Positions 1 through 11,948 of a DNA stretch of 64,000 bases are shown piece after piece. Location: NCBI RefSeq assembly GCF_003018255.1, contig NZ_CP027440.1, one strand, 5' to 3'. Position 1 is the first letter of the stretch. Each line of letters opens with the position of its first letter. This DNA is from Escherichia coli. GTDB lineage: Bacteria; Pseudomonadota; Gammaproteobacteria; Enterobacterales; Enterobacteriaceae. Below the pieces are notes generated by a model. The model did no database searches. It saw nothing but the letters and a program-made list of their open reading frames with translations, and had not been told where the DNA came from. The position numbers and the translations under genes are program-made.

Positions 1-225
1 ACTGTTGGTGACTATGTTGCCAGCCATCAGCGAGAAGTTTCGGGGCGGATTATCCATCTTCATGCCTGGCACGTACCCGACTTCCACGGGACGTTACAGG
101 CACATGAACATCAGGCGCTGGTCTGGTGCTCACCTGAAGAGGCGCTGCAATATCCGCTGGCCCCTGCTGACATTCCATTATTAGAGGCGTTTATGGCTTT
201 ACGCGCCGCCAGACCAGCGGATTAG
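1..225 (+). CDS. nudG: CTP pyrophosphohydrolase NudG (Nudix), C-terminal part; 5' end lies outside the window
   Basis: Frame 1 reads ...GDYVASHQREVSGRIIHLHAWHVPDFHGTLQAHEHQALVWCSPEEALQYPLAPADIPLLEAFMALRAARPAD then TAG at 223-225; matches recalled NudG C-terminus. Overlaps convergent ynjH by about 35 nt. Confidence 0.75.
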   Translation, partial: TVGDYVASHQREVSGRIIHLHAWHVPDFHGTLQAHEHQALVWCSPEEALQYPLAPADIPLLEAFMALRAARPAD

Positions 226-463
226 TGCTAAGGTTTTTGTCATCCTGTTGGCATTGCAGCAGTATTCCTTCGGCTTTAATTACCGCCCCTTCAGAATAAT
301 TTTGATCCTGATAAACGCAGCACTGAGTACAGGGCTGCGCTGACTGCCCGCCTGAACTGAACACTTCTGGCGGTACGTTTACCTCCACGTCCGGACGATA
401 ATGCGGGTTAGCCAGTGCAATTATTGGAAATGCTAATACTACGGCGAACAATGCTCGACTCAC
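191..463 (-). CDS. ynjH: DUF1496 secreted protein YnjH (90 aa, N-terminal signal peptide)
   Basis: Track ORF 191..463; hydrophobic N-terminus MSRALFAVVLAFPIIALA; position upstream of gdhA as in E. coli. Confidence 0.8.
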   Translation of the reverse strand: MSRALFAVVLAFPIIALANPHYRPDVEVNVPPEVFSSGGQSAQPCTQCCVYQDQNYSEGAVIKAEGILLQCQQDDKNLSTNPLVWRRVKP

Positions 464-596
464 AGGGAACTCCTTAACGTTATTGTCTCTTCTACAGATA
501 ACGGTAGCCGGGCGGCAAAACTTTAGCGTCTGAGTTATCGCATTTGGTTATGAGATTACTCTCGTTATTAATTTGCTTTCCTGGGTCATTTTTTTC

Positions 597-627
597 TTGC
601 TTACCGTCACATTCTTGATGGTATAGT
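597..627 (+). promoter_or_regulatory. Candidate sigma70 promoter for gdhA (-35 TTGCTT, -10 TATAGT, long spacer)
   Basis: Hexamers read directly about 70 nt upstream of the gdhA ATG; the 19-nt spacer is non-optimal, so placement is tentative. Confidence 0.3.
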
Positions 628-698
628 CGAAAACTGCAAAAGCACATGACATAAACAACATAAGCATAATCGTATTAATATATAAGGGTTTTATATCT

Positions 699-2042
699 AT
701 GGATCAGACATATTCTCTGGAGTCATTCCTCAACCATGTCCAAAAGCGCGACCCGAATCAAACCGAGTTCGCGCAAGCCGTTCGTGAAGTAATGACCACA
801 CTCTGGCCTTTTCTTGAACAAAATCCAAAATATCGTCAGATGTCATTACTGGAGCGTCTGGTTGAACCGGAGCGCGTGATCCAGTTTCGCGTGGTATGGG
901 TTGATGATCGCAACCAGGTGCAGGTCAACCGCGCATGGCGCGTGCAATTCAGCTCCGCTATCGGTCCGTACAAAGGCGGTATGCGCTTCCACCCTTCAGT
1001 AAACCTTTCCATTCTCAAATTCCTCGGCTTCGAGCAAACCTTTAAAAATGCCCTGACAACCCTGCCGATGGGCGGTGGTAAAGGCGGCAGCGATTTCGAC
1101 CCGAAAGGGAAAAGCGAAGGCGAAGTTATGCGTTTTTGCCAGGCGCTGATGACTGAACTGTATCGCCACCTGGGCGCGGATACTGACGTTCCGGCAGGTG
1201 ATATCGGCGTTGGTGGTCGTGAAGTCGGCTTTATGGCGGGGATGATGAAAAAGCTCTCCAACAATACCGCCTGCGTCTTCACCGGTAAGGGCCTTTCATT
1301 TGGCGGCAGTCTTATTCGCCCGGAAGCTACCGGCTACGGTCTGGTTTATTTCACCGAAGCAATGCTAAAACGCCACGGTATGGGTTTTGAAGGGATGCGA
1401 GTTTCCGTTTCTGGCTCCGGCAACGTCGCCCAGTACGCTATCGAAAAAGCGATGGAATTTGGTGCTCGTGTGATCACTGCGTCAGACTCCAGCGGCACTG
1501 TAGTTGATGAAAGCGGATTCACGAAAGAGAAACTGGCACGTCTTATCGAAATCAAAGCCAGCCGCGATGGTCGAGTGGCTGATTACGCCAAAGAATTTGG
1601 TCTGGTCTATCTCGAAGGCCAACAACCGTGGTCTGTACCGGTTGATATCGCCCTGCCTTGCGCCACCCAGAACGAACTGGATGTTGACGCCGCGCATCAG
1701 CTTATCGCCAATGGCGTTAAAGCCGTCGCCGAAGGGGCAAATATGCCGACCACCATCGAAGCGACTGAACTGTTCCAGCAGGCAGGCGTACTGTTTGCAC
1801 CGGGTAAAGCGGCTAATGCTGGCGGTGTAGCAACATCGGGCCTGGAAATGGCGCAAAACGCTGCGCGCCTGGGCTGGAAAGCCGAGAAAGTTGACGCACG
1901 TTTGCATCACATCATGCTGGATATCCACCATGCCTGTGTTGAGCATGGTGGTGAAGGTGAGCAAACCAACTACGTGCAGGGGGCGAACATTGCCGGTTTT
2001 GTGAAGGTTGCGGATGCGATGTTAAGCCAGGGCGTGATTTAA
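699..2042 (+). CDS. gdhA: NADP-specific glutamate dehydrogenase
   Basis: 447-aa ORF with GdhA hallmarks (GGGKGGSDFDPKGKS, catalytic Lys region); recognised as E. coli GdhA. Confidence 0.97.
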   Translation: MDQTYSLESFLNHVQKRDPNQTEFAQAVREVMTTLWPFLEQNPKYRQMSLLERLVEPERVIQFRVVWVDDRNQVQVNRAWRVQFSSAIGPYKGGMRFHPSVNLSILKFLGFEQTFKNALTTLPMGGGKGGSDFDPKGKSEGEVMRFCQALMTELYRHLGADTDVPAGDIGVGGREVGFMAGMMKKLSNNTACVFTGKGLSFGGSLIRPEATGYGLVYFTEAMLKRHGMGFEGMRVSVSGSGNVAQYAIEKAMEFGARVITASDSSGTVVDESGFTKEKLARLIEIKASRDGRVADYAKEFGLVYLEGQQPWSVPVDIALPCATQNELDVDAAHQLIANGVKAVAEGANMPTTIEATELFQQAGVLFAPGKAANAGGVATSGLEMAQNAARLGWKAEKVDARLHHIMLDIHHACVEHGGEGEQTNYVQGANIAGFVKVADAMLSQGVI

Positions 2043-2050
2043 GACAATTG

Positions 2051-2082
2051 TGCCGGATACAGCGCAAACGCCTTATCCGGCC
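2051..2082. repeat. REP (repetitive extragenic palindromic) element
   Basis: tgccggatacagcgcaaacgccttatccggcc: imperfect palindrome GCCGGATA...TATCCGGC typical of E. coli REP units, directly downstream of the gdhA stop. Confidence 0.65.
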
Positions 2083-2118
2083 ATAAAAATCTTCAGTATC
2101 AGATGGTTGAAAGAACCT

Positions 2119-4074
2119 TTATATTATCACTCCATTGCCCGCCTCTTCTGATGGCGGGCTTTTTTTCGGCGCTCTCTTGCGTGGCGAATCCTTTTTCTTC
2201 CCTTCTCCACCGCCGGGAGCCATTATTCCCCGAAACTGCCTTACCGACGTGCGCTTTGCCTGATCAATCAACTGGTACAATGTCCCCACCAGCGGCTGCA
2301 TAAAGTCCTGATAGCGACACTGCTTTTCGCTGATTTGCGTCAGCACCGATTCCCAGTGCGCGGTCATGTCCGGTCGCGTCGCCATTTCTGGCAGCGAATG
2401 GAATAGCGCTTTTCCGGCGTCGGTGGAGTGGATATAGCGCCCTTTTTTGGTCAGGAAGCCTCGCTTGAACAGCAGTTCAATAATCCCGGCGCGAGTCGCT
2501 TCTGTCCCCAGACCATCGGTCGCACGAAGGATCTTTTTCAGATCTTTGTCCTGCACAAAACGTGCTATCCCGGTCATCGCTGAAAGCAGTGTTGCATCGG
2601 TAAAATGGCGCGGCGGCTGGGTTTGCCGCTCTACCACTTCACCTTTTTCACACAGCAACTCATCGCCTTTCGCCACCACAGGCAGCGGCGTGCCGTCGTT
2701 TTCTTCATCGCGCTCTTTGCTGCCTAACAGTGTGCGCCAGCCTGCTTCAGCAAGAAAACGGGCTTTAGCGACAAATTTGCCTTTGGCAATGTCCAGTTCG
2801 ATAACACACTTGCGGAACACCGCATCCGGGCAGAACTGCATCAAATACTGACGGGCAATCAGGTTATAGACCTTCGCTTCGTTCTCCGTCAGGTTGATCG
2901 CAGAACTCCGTGCGGTCGGGATGATGGCGTGGTGCGCATCGACTTTTTTGTCATCCCAACAGCGGTTGCGTATATCTGGATCGACCACTGGCTGCGGCAA
3001 CAGATCTGGTGCATGAACGCTGATAGCATTCATCACCGCGTGGCGTCCGGCAAAATGTTCTTCTGGCAAATAGCGGCAATCGGAACGCGGATAAGTGATT
3101 AGCTTGTGCGTTTCGTACAGCTTCTGGCAGATATCAAGCACGTTCTGCGCGCTCAGACCAAAACGTTTAGCCGCTTCAATCTGCAACGCCGAAAGCGAAA
3201 AAGGCAGCGGCGCGGATTCTGATTCCCGTTTATCGTTATAGCTGGTGACAATAGCTGGTTGACCACTAATGCGGTTAACCACATGCTCCGCCAGTGGACG
3301 ATGTAATAAGCGCCCTTCTTCATCCTGGTACGGTTCACACGCTTCGCTCGGTTGCCAGATAGCGGTAAACCGCTCATCGGCAGGTGTCACGATATGTGCT
3401 TTGACTTCAAAGAAGTCTTTCGCCACGAAGTTTTCAATCTCTTCGTCGCGGCGCACCACCAGTCCGAGTACGGGCGTCTGCACGCGTCCCACGGAAAGCA
3501 CGCCCTGATAACCGGCATTGCGACCGAGAATGGTATACGCACGGGTCATATTAATGCCGTACAGCCAGTCAGCTCGCGCACGCGCCAGTGCAGAAACGCA
3601 CAGCGGTACAAACTCGCTATTGGAGCGAAGACGATCGATCGCCCGCTCAACCGCCTGCGGGTTCAGGTCGTTTATCAAACAACGCTGTACCTGCTGGCGC
3701 TTTTCCGGTGCCAGTTGCAGGTAGTCCAGCACTTCATCCACCAGCAGTTGCCCTTCGCGATCCGGGTCTCCGGCGTGAACGATTTCGCTGGCTTCATGCA
3801 GGAAGCGTTTGATGACATTAAGTTGTTTAGTCACGGAGGGTCGGGGCTGTAATTGCCACTTTTCCGGGACAATCGGCAAATCCGCAAGATTCCAGCGCGC
3901 ATAGCGGCTGTCGTAGGCGTCTGGCTGCGCCTGCTCAAGCAGGTGACCGATACACCAGGTCACCACCTGACCATTACCGCACTCGATAAAGCCATCGCCT
4001 TTCCGGTGCGGTTTAGGCAGGACATCAGCAATGGCGCGCGCCAGACTCGGTTTTTCGGCAATAAACAACCGCAT
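2119..4074 (-). CDS. topB: DNA topoisomerase III
   Basis: Track ORF 2119..4131; start placed at internal [10 protein letters not shown] (recalled TopB N-terminus), giving 651 aa; Toprim/topo IA motifs; lysine/arginine-rich C-terminal tail. Confidence 0.92.
   Translation of the reverse strand: MRLFIAEKPSLARAIADVLPKPHRKGDGFIECGNGQVVTWCIGHLLEQAQPDAYDSRYARWNLADLPIVPEKWQLQPRPSVTKQLNVIKRFLHEASEIVHAGDPDREGQLLVDEVLDYLQLAPEKRQQVQRCLINDLNPQAVERAIDRLRSNSEFVPLCVSALARARADWLYGINMTRAYTILGRNAGYQGVLSVGRVQTPVLGLVVRRDEEIENFVAKDFFEVKAHIVTPADERFTAIWQPSEACEPYQDEEGRLLHRPLAEHVVNRISGQPAIVTSYNDKRESESAPLPFSLSALQIEAAKRFGLSAQNVLDICQKLYETHKLITYPRSDCRYLPEEHFAGRHAVMNAISVHAPDLLPQPVVDPDIRNRCWDDKKVDAHHAIIPTARSSAINLTENEAKVYNLIARQYLMQFCPDAVFRKCVIELDIAKGKFVAKARFLAEAGWRTLLGSKERDEENDGTPLPVVAKGDELLCEKGEVVERQTQPPRHFTDATLLSAMTGIARFVQDKDLKKILRATDGLGTEATRAGIIELLFKRGFLTKKGRYIHSTDAGKALFHSLPEMATRPDMTAHWESVLTQISEKQCRYQDFMQPLVGTLYQLIDQAKRTSVRQFRGIMAPGGGEGKKKDSPRKRAPKKSPPSEEAGNGVII
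2137..2166 (+). terminator. Rho-independent terminator downstream of gdhA (lies inside the 3' end of the topB ORF)
   Basis: gcccgcc-tcttctgat-ggcgggc followed by TTTTTTT. Confidence 0.65.
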
Positions 4075-4078
4075 TGAA

Positions 4079-5122
4079 TTAACGGATCTCAACCATGGCA
4101 CGACCGCCGCGCGCTGGCACCAGTTCGCCAATCGCCGTCAGTTCAATGCCAAACTCGGCGGCTGTAGCTTTGACCTCATTTTCTGCTTCCGGCATGACCG
4201 CCAGCAGCAAACCGCCAGAAGTTTGCGGATCGCACAGCAGTTCGCGCACTTCACGCGGCATTTCACCCATCAGATGACCGTAGCTGGCAAAGTTACGTTC
4301 GGTGCCGCCAGGCACTGCGCCCAACTTAATGTACTCTTCAACCCCCGGCAATTTCGGGATCGCGTCATAGTCGACGCGCGCCTGCACACCTGCGCCCTGA
4401 CACATTTCGCTTAAATGCCCCAGTAAACCAAAACCCGTAACGTCGGTCATCGCTTTTACGCCTTCGATGTTGGCAAAGGACGCGCCTGCGATGTTCATCC
4501 GGCACATCACTTCCGTCGCCAGTCCCTGATGTTCTGGTTTCAGCAGTGATTTTTTCTCAGCCGTGGTAAGAACGCCAATCCCCAGAGGTTTCGTCAGGAA
4601 CAGTTTGCATCCGGCTTGTGCGGTACTGTTTTTCTTCACCCGCTCGGTAGGTACGATCCCCGTTACCGCCAGACCAAAAATCGGCTCCGGCGCATCGATG
4701 GAGTGACCGCCAGCCAGCGCAATACCCGCCTGACGGCATGCATGGCGTCCACCTTCGGTCACTTCGCGGGCAATTTCCGGGGAAAGTTTGTTAATCGGCC
4801 AGCCGAGGATCGCAATCGCCATAATCGGTTTGCCGCCCATTGCGAAGATATCGCTGATGGCGTTAGTCGCCGCAATGCGGCCAAAATCGAAAGGATTATC
4901 AACGATCGGCATAAAGAAGTCGGTGGTGCTGATAACGCTGGTGCCATTGCCCAGATCGTACACCGCCGCATCGTCGCGGGTTTCATTACCCACAAGCAAA
5001 TTCGGATCAACAAACTTCGCCTGCTCACTGTGCAGGATGGTTTCCAACACTTTTGGGGAAATTTTACAGCCGCAACCAGCGCCGTGGCTGTATTGGGTCA
5101 AACGAATCGAGTTCTCGCTCAT
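4079..5122 (-). CDS. selD: Selenide, water dikinase (selenophosphate synthetase)
   Basis: Start at [20 protein letters not shown] (347 aa); stop 5 nt upstream of the topB start, consistent with a selD-topB operon. Confidence 0.95.
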   Translation of the reverse strand: MSENSIRLTQYSHGAGCGCKISPKVLETILHSEQAKFVDPNLLVGNETRDDAAVYDLGNGTSVISTTDFFMPIVDNPFDFGRIAATNAISDIFAMGGKPIMAIAILGWPINKLSPEIAREVTEGGRHACRQAGIALAGGHSIDAPEPIFGLAVTGIVPTERVKKNSTAQAGCKLFLTKPLGIGVLTTAEKKSLLKPEHQGLATEVMCRMNIAGASFANIEGVKAMTDVTGFGLLGHLSEMCQGAGVQARVDYDAIPKLPGVEEYIKLGAVPGGTERNFASYGHLMGEMPREVRELLCDPQTSGGLLLAVMPEAENEVKATAAEFGIELTAIGELVPARGGRAMVEIR

Positions 5123-5238
5123 GGACATCTCCTGTCAATGCAATCCGGGTATGGTAACCCTCATTCCGTGAAGTGATAAGTGAGAGTGTCTGAATTCCTG
5201 CGCCTTTGCTCACAATCCAGACAGTTTCGCGACAATTA

Positions 5239-5790
5239 TCAGAAATAAGTCACAAACGGCGTCGGGTCCGGGACGTTTATCGACGTAGATGCTTTCAACT
5301 GCGGCGTACCGAGGTAGAGAAAACCGACAATTTTATCCTGCTCACGGCAACCGAATGCTTCACGCACTACCGGACTTTCAGTTAATGCACCACTGCGCCA
5401 GATGCCGCCAAACCCCTGGGCAACTGCTGCCATTTGCATCGCCATGACCGCGCATCCCGCAGACATTTCCTGTTCCCAGCGCGGGACTTTATGATTTTCT
5501 TCGCATTTCGCCACCACCGTTATGATGAGCGGTGCGCGGAACGGCGCATTACGCGCTTTGTCGATGGCTTTGTTATCACTACCGGCAGCAATCGCCCCCT
5601 GCTCCAGTACGGCGCTGAAACGCTCGCGCCCTTCCCCTTCAATCACAAAGAAATGCCACGGTTGCATGGACTTATGGTCCGGCGCACGCATAGCCGCACG
5701 CAGGATGTTTTGCAGTTGTTCACCCGTTGGCGCAGGTTCAGCCAGGCGGGAGGCGCTACGGCGATTGATCAATAGTTCGAGTGCATCCAT
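5239..5790 (-). CDS. ydjA: NAD(P)H nitroreductase YdjA
   Basis: Start at [12 protein letters not shown] gives 183 aa; nitroreductase-family sequence. Confidence 0.88.
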   Translation of the reverse strand: MDALELLINRRSASRLAEPAPTGEQLQNILRAAMRAPDHKSMQPWHFFVIEGEGRERFSAVLEQGAIAAGSDNKAIDKARNAPFRAPLIITVVAKCEENHKVPRWEQEMSAGCAVMAMQMAAVAQGFGGIWRSGALTESPVVREAFGCREQDKIVGFLYLGTPQLKASTSINVPDPTPFVTYF

Positions 5791-5950
5791 TTGATTAACT
5801 CCTGTCATGATATTTATTCACAAAATTAACACGAGAGTGGATTTTGTTACAGCCCAGTCCGCAATTCCTGCTGACAAGTGCCGGTTGGGTCATTACGATA
5901 ACCACATCTATTGCGCCTGAAACAGGTGTGACCTTAAGTTGGGAGAATAC

Positions 5951-7807
5951 ATGCGAACCCTTTGGCGATTTATTGCCGGATTTTTTAAATGGACGTGGCG
6001 TCTGCTGAATTTCGTCCGTGAAATGGTACTTAACCTGTTCTTTATTTTTCTCGTGCTGGTTGGTGTGGGGATCTGGATGCAGGTCAGTGGTGGTGATTCG
6101 AAAGAAACGGCCAGTCGTGGCGCACTGCTGCTGGACATTTCTGGTGTGATCGTCGATAAACCCGACAGTTCTCAGCGGTTTAGTAAATTAAGCCGCCAGC
6201 TGCTTGGTGCCAGTTCCGATCGTCTGCAGGAAAACTCACTGTTTGATATCGTCAACACCATTCGCCAGGCGAAGGACGACCGCAATATCACCGGTATTGT
6301 GATGGATCTGAAAAACTTCGCAGGCGGCGACCAGCCGTCTATGCAGTACATCGGCAAAGCTCTGAAAGAGTTTCGTGATAGCGGGAAACCGGTTTATGCC
6401 GTTGGCGAGAACTACAGCCAGGGGCAATATTATCTCGCCAGTTTCGCCAATAAAATTTGGCTGTCTCCGCAAGGCGTGGTTGATCTGCACGGCTTTGCCA
6501 CCAACGGTCTGTACTACAAATCATTACTGGATAAGCTGAAAGTTTCCACCCATGTGTTCCGCGTGGGTACGTATAAATCTGCCGTTGAACCGTTTATTCG
6601 TGATGATATGTCGCCGGCAGCCCGCGAAGCTGACAGCCGCTGGATTGGTGAGCTGTGGCAAAACTATCTGAATACTGTTGCCGCTAACCGGCAGATCCCT
6701 GCTCAGCAGGTATTCCCTGGCGCGCAAGGGTTGCTTGAGGGTTTAACCAAAACCGGTGGCGATACCGCGAAATATGCGCTGGAAAACAAGCTGGTCGATG
6801 CACTGGCATCGAGTGCCGAAATCGAAAAAACTCTGACCAAAGAGTTCGGCTGGAGCAAGACTGATAAAAATTATCGCGCCATCAGTTATTACGATTACGC
6901 ATTGAAAACGCCGGCAGATACCGGTGACAGCATCGGAGTCGTCTTCGCTAATGGCGCAATTATGGATGGCGAGGAAACTCAGGGGAATGTTGGCGGTGAT
7001 ACCACTGCGGCACAAATCCGCGACGCTCGCCTTGACCCGAAAGTGAAAGCGATTGTCCTGCGTGTTAATAGCCCAGGCGGCAGCGTTACCGCGTCTGAAG
7101 TGATTCGCGCTGAACTGGCAGCAGCCCGGGCAGCGGGTAAGCCTGTGGTTGTATCGATGGGCGGCATGGCGGCATCTGGTGGTTACTGGATTTCCACACC
7201 AGCTAATTACATTGTGGCTAACCCCAGCACCCTGACCGGTTCTATCGGTATCTTCGGCGTGATCACCACCGTAGAAAATAGTCTGGATTCGATTGGTGTT
7301 CATACTGATGGTGTCTCAACTTCACCGCTGGCGGATGTTTCTATCACCAGAGCACTGCCGCCGGAAGCGCAGCAGATGATGCAGTTAAGCATTGAGAATG
7401 GCTATAAACGCTTTATCACGCTGGTTGCTGATGCGCGTCATTCAACGCCAGAGCAGATTGATAAAATCGCCCAGGGCCATGTCTGGACCGGTCAGGATGC
7501 AAAAGCTAACGGGCTGGTCGATAGTCTCGGGGATTTCGATGATGCGGTCGCCAAAGCAGCAGAGCTGGCAAAAGTGAAACAGTGGCATCTGGAATACTAC
7601 GTTGATGAACCGACCTTCTTCGACAAAGTGATGGACAACATGTCTGGTTCTGTCCGGGCAATGTTGCCAGATGCGTTCCAGGCCATGTTACCTGCACCGC
7701 TGGCCTCGGTAGCCTCTACCGTTAAAAGTGAAAGCGACAAGCTGGCAGCGTTTAACGACCCACAAAACCGTTATGCGTTTTGCCTGACCTGCGCCAACGT
7801 GCGTTAA
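5951..7807 (+). CDS. sppA: Signal peptide peptidase A (protease IV)
   Basis: Start at [12 protein letters not shown] gives 618 aa; tandem S49 peptidase domains. Confidence 0.95.
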
Positions 7808-7971
7808 GTCTTGTACTGAGTGGCCGACAGATCGTCGGCCACATTTTTTTACCTCGACGAATCCTCTTCCCGCTGTCTCGCCCCATATTTCCTTATCCGC
7901 ATAGTATCAGGTGCGCTCCCCCTTCCTCACGTATATACTTTTGCTCTTTCGATATCATTCATATCAATATC

Positions 7972-8988
7972 ATGCAAAAGAAATCAATTTACGTCGCCTA
8001 CACGGGCGGGACCATCGGGATGCAGCGTTCCGAGCAGGGTTATATTCCGGTGTCAGGTCATCTACAGCGCCAACTGGCGCTGATGCCGGAATTCCATCGC
8101 CCGGAGATGCCAGATTTCACTATTCATGAATATACGCCATTGATGGATTCTTCTGATATGACGCCAGAAGACTGGCAGCATATTGCTGAAGATATTAAAG
8201 CGCACTATGACGACTATGATGGTTTTGTCATTCTGCACGGCACAGACACGATGGCGTATACCGCCTCTGCACTGTCGTTCATGCTCGAGAATCTCGGTAA
8301 ACCGGTCATTGTGACAGGGTCACAAATCCCGCTGGCTGAGTTACGCTCTGACGGACAAATTAATCTGCTGAATGCGTTGTACGTTGCGGCGAATTATCCT
8401 ATCAACGAAGTAACTCTCTTTTTTAATAATCGACTGTATCGTGGCAACAGAACCACCAAAGCCCATGCCGATGGTTTTGATGCGTTTGCCTCTCCAAACC
8501 TTCCTCCGTTACTGGAAGCAGGTATCCATATTCGCCGTTTGAATACGCCACCCGCCCCGCACGGTGAAGGGGAATTGATCGTTCATCCAATCACGCCGCA
8601 ACCAATTGGCGTAGTGACGATTTATCCGGGGATTTCTGCTGACGTCGTGCGCAATTTTCTGCGCCAACCTGTGAAAGCATTGATTCTGCGCTCATATGGC
8701 GTGGGTAATGCGCCACAAAACAAAGCCTTCCTGCAGGAATTACAAGAAGCCAGCGATCGCGGTATTGTGGTGGTCAACCTGACACAATGTATGTCCGGTA
8801 AAGTGAACATGGGTGGTTATGCCACCGGTAACGCCCTCGCCCATGCCGGCGTTATTGGCGGTGCAGATATGACTGTAGAAGCCACGCTAACCAAACTGCA
8901 TTACCTGCTTAGCCAGGAACTTGATACTGAAACCATTCGCAAGGCCATGAGCCAAAACCTGCGTGGCGAACTGACGCCGGATGATTAA
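7972..8988 (+). CDS. ansA: Cytoplasmic L-asparaginase I
   Basis: Start at MQKKSIYVAYTGGTIGM gives 338 aa; asparaginase TGGTIG motif. Confidence 0.95.
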   Translation: MQKKSIYVAYTGGTIGMQRSEQGYIPVSGHLQRQLALMPEFHRPEMPDFTIHEYTPLMDSSDMTPEDWQHIAEDIKAHYDDYDGFVILHGTDTMAYTASALSFMLENLGKPVIVTGSQIPLAELRSDGQINLLNALYVAANYPINEVTLFFNNRLYRGNRTTKAHADGFDAFASPNLPPLLEAGIHIRRLNTPPAPHGEGELIVHPITPQPIGVVTIYPGISADVVRNFLRQPVKALILRSYGVGNAPQNKAFLQELQEASDRGIVVVNLTQCMSGKVNMGGYATGNALAHAGVIGGADMTVEATLTKLHYLLSQELDTETIRKAMSQNLRGELTPDD

Positions 8989-8998
8989 GGAGACTGCA

Positions 8999-9640
8999 AT
9001 GCACCCTCGCGCCCTGTTACTGGTCGATTTACAAAATGATTTCTGTGCTGGTGGCGCGCTCGCCGTGCCGGAAGGTGACAGTACGGTGGATGTCGCTAAC
9101 CGCCTGATTGACTGGTGCCAGTCGCGCGGTGAAGCGGTTATCGCCAGTCAGGACTGGCACCCGGCGAATCACGGCAGTTTTGCCAGTCAGCACGGTGTAG
9201 AGCCTTATACGCCAGGCCAACTCGACGGTTTGCCACAAACCTTCTGGCCAGATCACTGTGTGCAGAACAGTGAAGGCGCACAATTACATCCGTTACTGAA
9301 CCAAAAAGCGATCGCAGCGGTGTTCCATAAAGGCGAAAATCCTTTAGTTGACAGTTACAGTGCCTTTTTTGATAACGGCCGTCGGCAGAAAACCACGCTC
9401 GATGACTGGTTACGCGATCATGAAATCGATGAATTGATCATTATGGGTCTGGCTACTGACTATTGCGTGAAGTTTACCGTGCTGGACGCGTTACAGTTAG
9501 GTTATAAGGTTAATGTGATTACCGATGGTTGTCGTGGCGTGAATATCCAGCCACAGGACAGTGCGCACGCGTTTATGGAGATGTCAGCAGCTGGGGCAAC
9601 GCTATATACGCTGGCAGATTGGGAAGAGACGCAGGAGTAA
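8999..9640 (+). CDS. pncA: Nicotinamidase/pyrazinamidase
   Basis: Start at MHPRALLLVDLQNDFC gives 213 aa; isochorismatase-fold catalytic residues. Confidence 0.92.
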   Translation: MHPRALLLVDLQNDFCAGGALAVPEGDSTVDVANRLIDWCQSRGEAVIASQDWHPANHGSFASQHGVEPYTPGQLDGLPQTFWPDHCVQNSEGAQLHPLLNQKAIAAVFHKGENPLVDSYSAFFDNGRRQKTTLDDWLRDHEIDELIIMGLATDYCVKFTVLDALQLGYKVNVITDGCRGVNIQPQDSAHAFMEMSAAGATLYTLADWEETQE

Positions 9641-9660
9641 TATTAGTTGGATTCATCTCT

Positions 9661-9691
9661 GGCCTACATTTCCTCAATGACATTGTAGGCC
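9661..9691. other. Inverted repeat (8-bp stem GGCCTACA / TGTAGGCC, 15-nt loop) in the pncA-yeaC junction
   Basis: Read directly from ggcctacatttcctcaatgacattgtaggcc; no T-run follows, so not a canonical terminator. Confidence 0.3.
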
Positions 9692-9800
9692 AGGTAATAC
9701 TTGTTAGTGTTGCATTTAACCTACTCGCAGCTAAAACACGACATCCGAACAAGTCTATTTGCCCTCCCTTAATAACAGGCTTAAATACTAGACAACTCAT

Positions 9801-10073
9801 TCACTTAAACATGGCAATAGGCTTTGCTGAGATACCAAAATCTTCTTTTAACTGTTGTTTGCTCTTCATGACCATCTGACCATTTGTGTCAATTGTCATA
9901 TGCTGTGCTTCGGTATTATTACGGGCTTGCCACAGCATCACCAGTTGCAGGCAGTTCTCTTTTTGTTCCTCGGTCAACGCAACGCCATCAGGCCATTTCC
10001 CCAGTTCAACGGCGGTCGACAAACGCTGGTATACCTCAGGCGTCATGCTGTTGATAATGTCATCAAGATTCAT
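9801..10073 (-). CDS. yeaC: DUF1315 protein YeaC
   Basis: Start at MNLDDIINSMTPEVYQRL gives 90 aa; directly downstream of msrB. Confidence 0.85.
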   Translation of the reverse strand: MNLDDIINSMTPEVYQRLSTAVELGKWPDGVALTEEQKENCLQLVMLWQARNNTEAQHMTIDTNGQMVMKSKQQLKEDFGISAKPIAMFK

Positions 10074-10114
10074 AATTTTTCCGCTCCTGTGGAATAAGTT
10101 GCTGAATCGTTTTT

Positions 10115-10528
10115 TCAACCGTTGATTTCTTCGCCGTTTTCGCCATCGGTAAAGCGTAAAGAGGCAGAGTTAACACAATAACGTTCGCCCGTTGGCTGCG
10201 GCCCGTCGGGGAAGACATGCCCCAGATGGGCATCACAGTTACCGCAACGAATTTCTATGCGCTGCATTCCATGTGACAAGTCTTTGATATAACAAATAGA
10301 TTCTTCACTCACCGGTTCGTAGAAACTGGGCCAGCCACAGCCGGAATCATACTTGGTTTGGGAATGAAACAGCGGGGCATCGCAGATCAAACAGTGATAT
10401 ACGCCGTCACGCTTGTTATGCAGTAAACGACCCGTAAATGGCGGTTCTGTCCCATGATTCTGCGTCACGTAGAACTGCATCTCGGACAAATTTTTTTTCA
10501 GTTCTTCTGCCGAAGGTTTATTAGCCAT
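10115..10528 (-). CDS. msrB: Peptide methionine-(R)-S-oxide reductase MsrB
   Basis: Start at [12 protein letters not shown] gives 137 aa; two CxxC zinc pairs and catalytic C-terminal Cys region. Confidence 0.93.
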   Translation of the reverse strand: MANKPSAEELKKNLSEMQFYVTQNHGTEPPFTGRLLHNKRDGVYHCLICDAPLFHSQTKYDSGCGWPSFYEPVSEESICYIKDLSHGMQRIEIRCGNCDAHLGHVFPDGPQPTGERYCVNSASLRFTDGENGEEING

Positions 10529-10798
10529 TTGCTCACATCTCACTTTAATCGTGCTCACATTACGTGACTGATTCTAACAAAACATTAACACCAACTGGCA
10601 AAATTTTGTCCTAAACTTGATCTCGACGAAATGGCTGCACCTAAATCGTGATGAAAATCACATTTTTATCGTAATTGCCCTTTAAAATTCGGGGCGCCGA
10701 CCCCATGTGGTCTCAAGCCCAAAGGAAGAGTGAGGCGAGTCAGTCGCGTAATGCTTAGGCACAGGATTGATTTGTCGCAATGATTGACACGATTCCGC

Positions 10799-10826
10799 TT
10801 GACGCTGCGTAAGGTTTTTGTAATTT
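10799..10826 (+). promoter_or_regulatory. Candidate gapA sigma70 promoter (-35 TTGACG, 16-nt spacer, -10 TAATTT)
   Basis: Hexamers read directly about 45 nt upstream of the gapA ATG; gapA is known to have multiple promoters, exact assignment not verified. Confidence 0.4.
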
Positions 10827-10857
10827 TACAGGCAACCTTTTATTCACTAACAAATAG

Positions 10858-11865
<1,008 letters not shown>

Positions 11866-11887
11866 GTTGAGATGACACTGTGATCTA

Positions 11888-11917
11888 AAAAGAGCGACTT
11901 CGGTCGCTCTTTTTTTT
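11888..11917 (+). terminator. Rho-independent terminator of gapA
   Basis: agagcgac-ttcg-gtcgctct followed by TTTTTTT. Confidence 0.8.
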
Positions 11918-11948
11918 ACCTGATAAAATGAAGTTAAAGGACTGCGTC

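Noticed and set aside
2103-2303. 66-aa plus-strand ORF over the gdhA terminator and topB 3' end
   Set aside because: Covers the terminator hairpin and is antisense to the topB C-terminus; no support.
3352-3852. 166-aa and other ORFs antisense within topB, selD, sppA, dmlA, yeaV, sdaA, yoaE, htpX and tsaB
   Set aside because: All are nested antisense to intact, well-supported genes and lack supporting features; treated as spurious six-frame artefacts.
9661-9691. Possible recombination scar or site at the pncA-yeaC junction
   Set aside because: The inverted repeat does not match FRT, loxP, att or IS terminal-repeat patterns I recognise; retained only as a plain hairpin feature.
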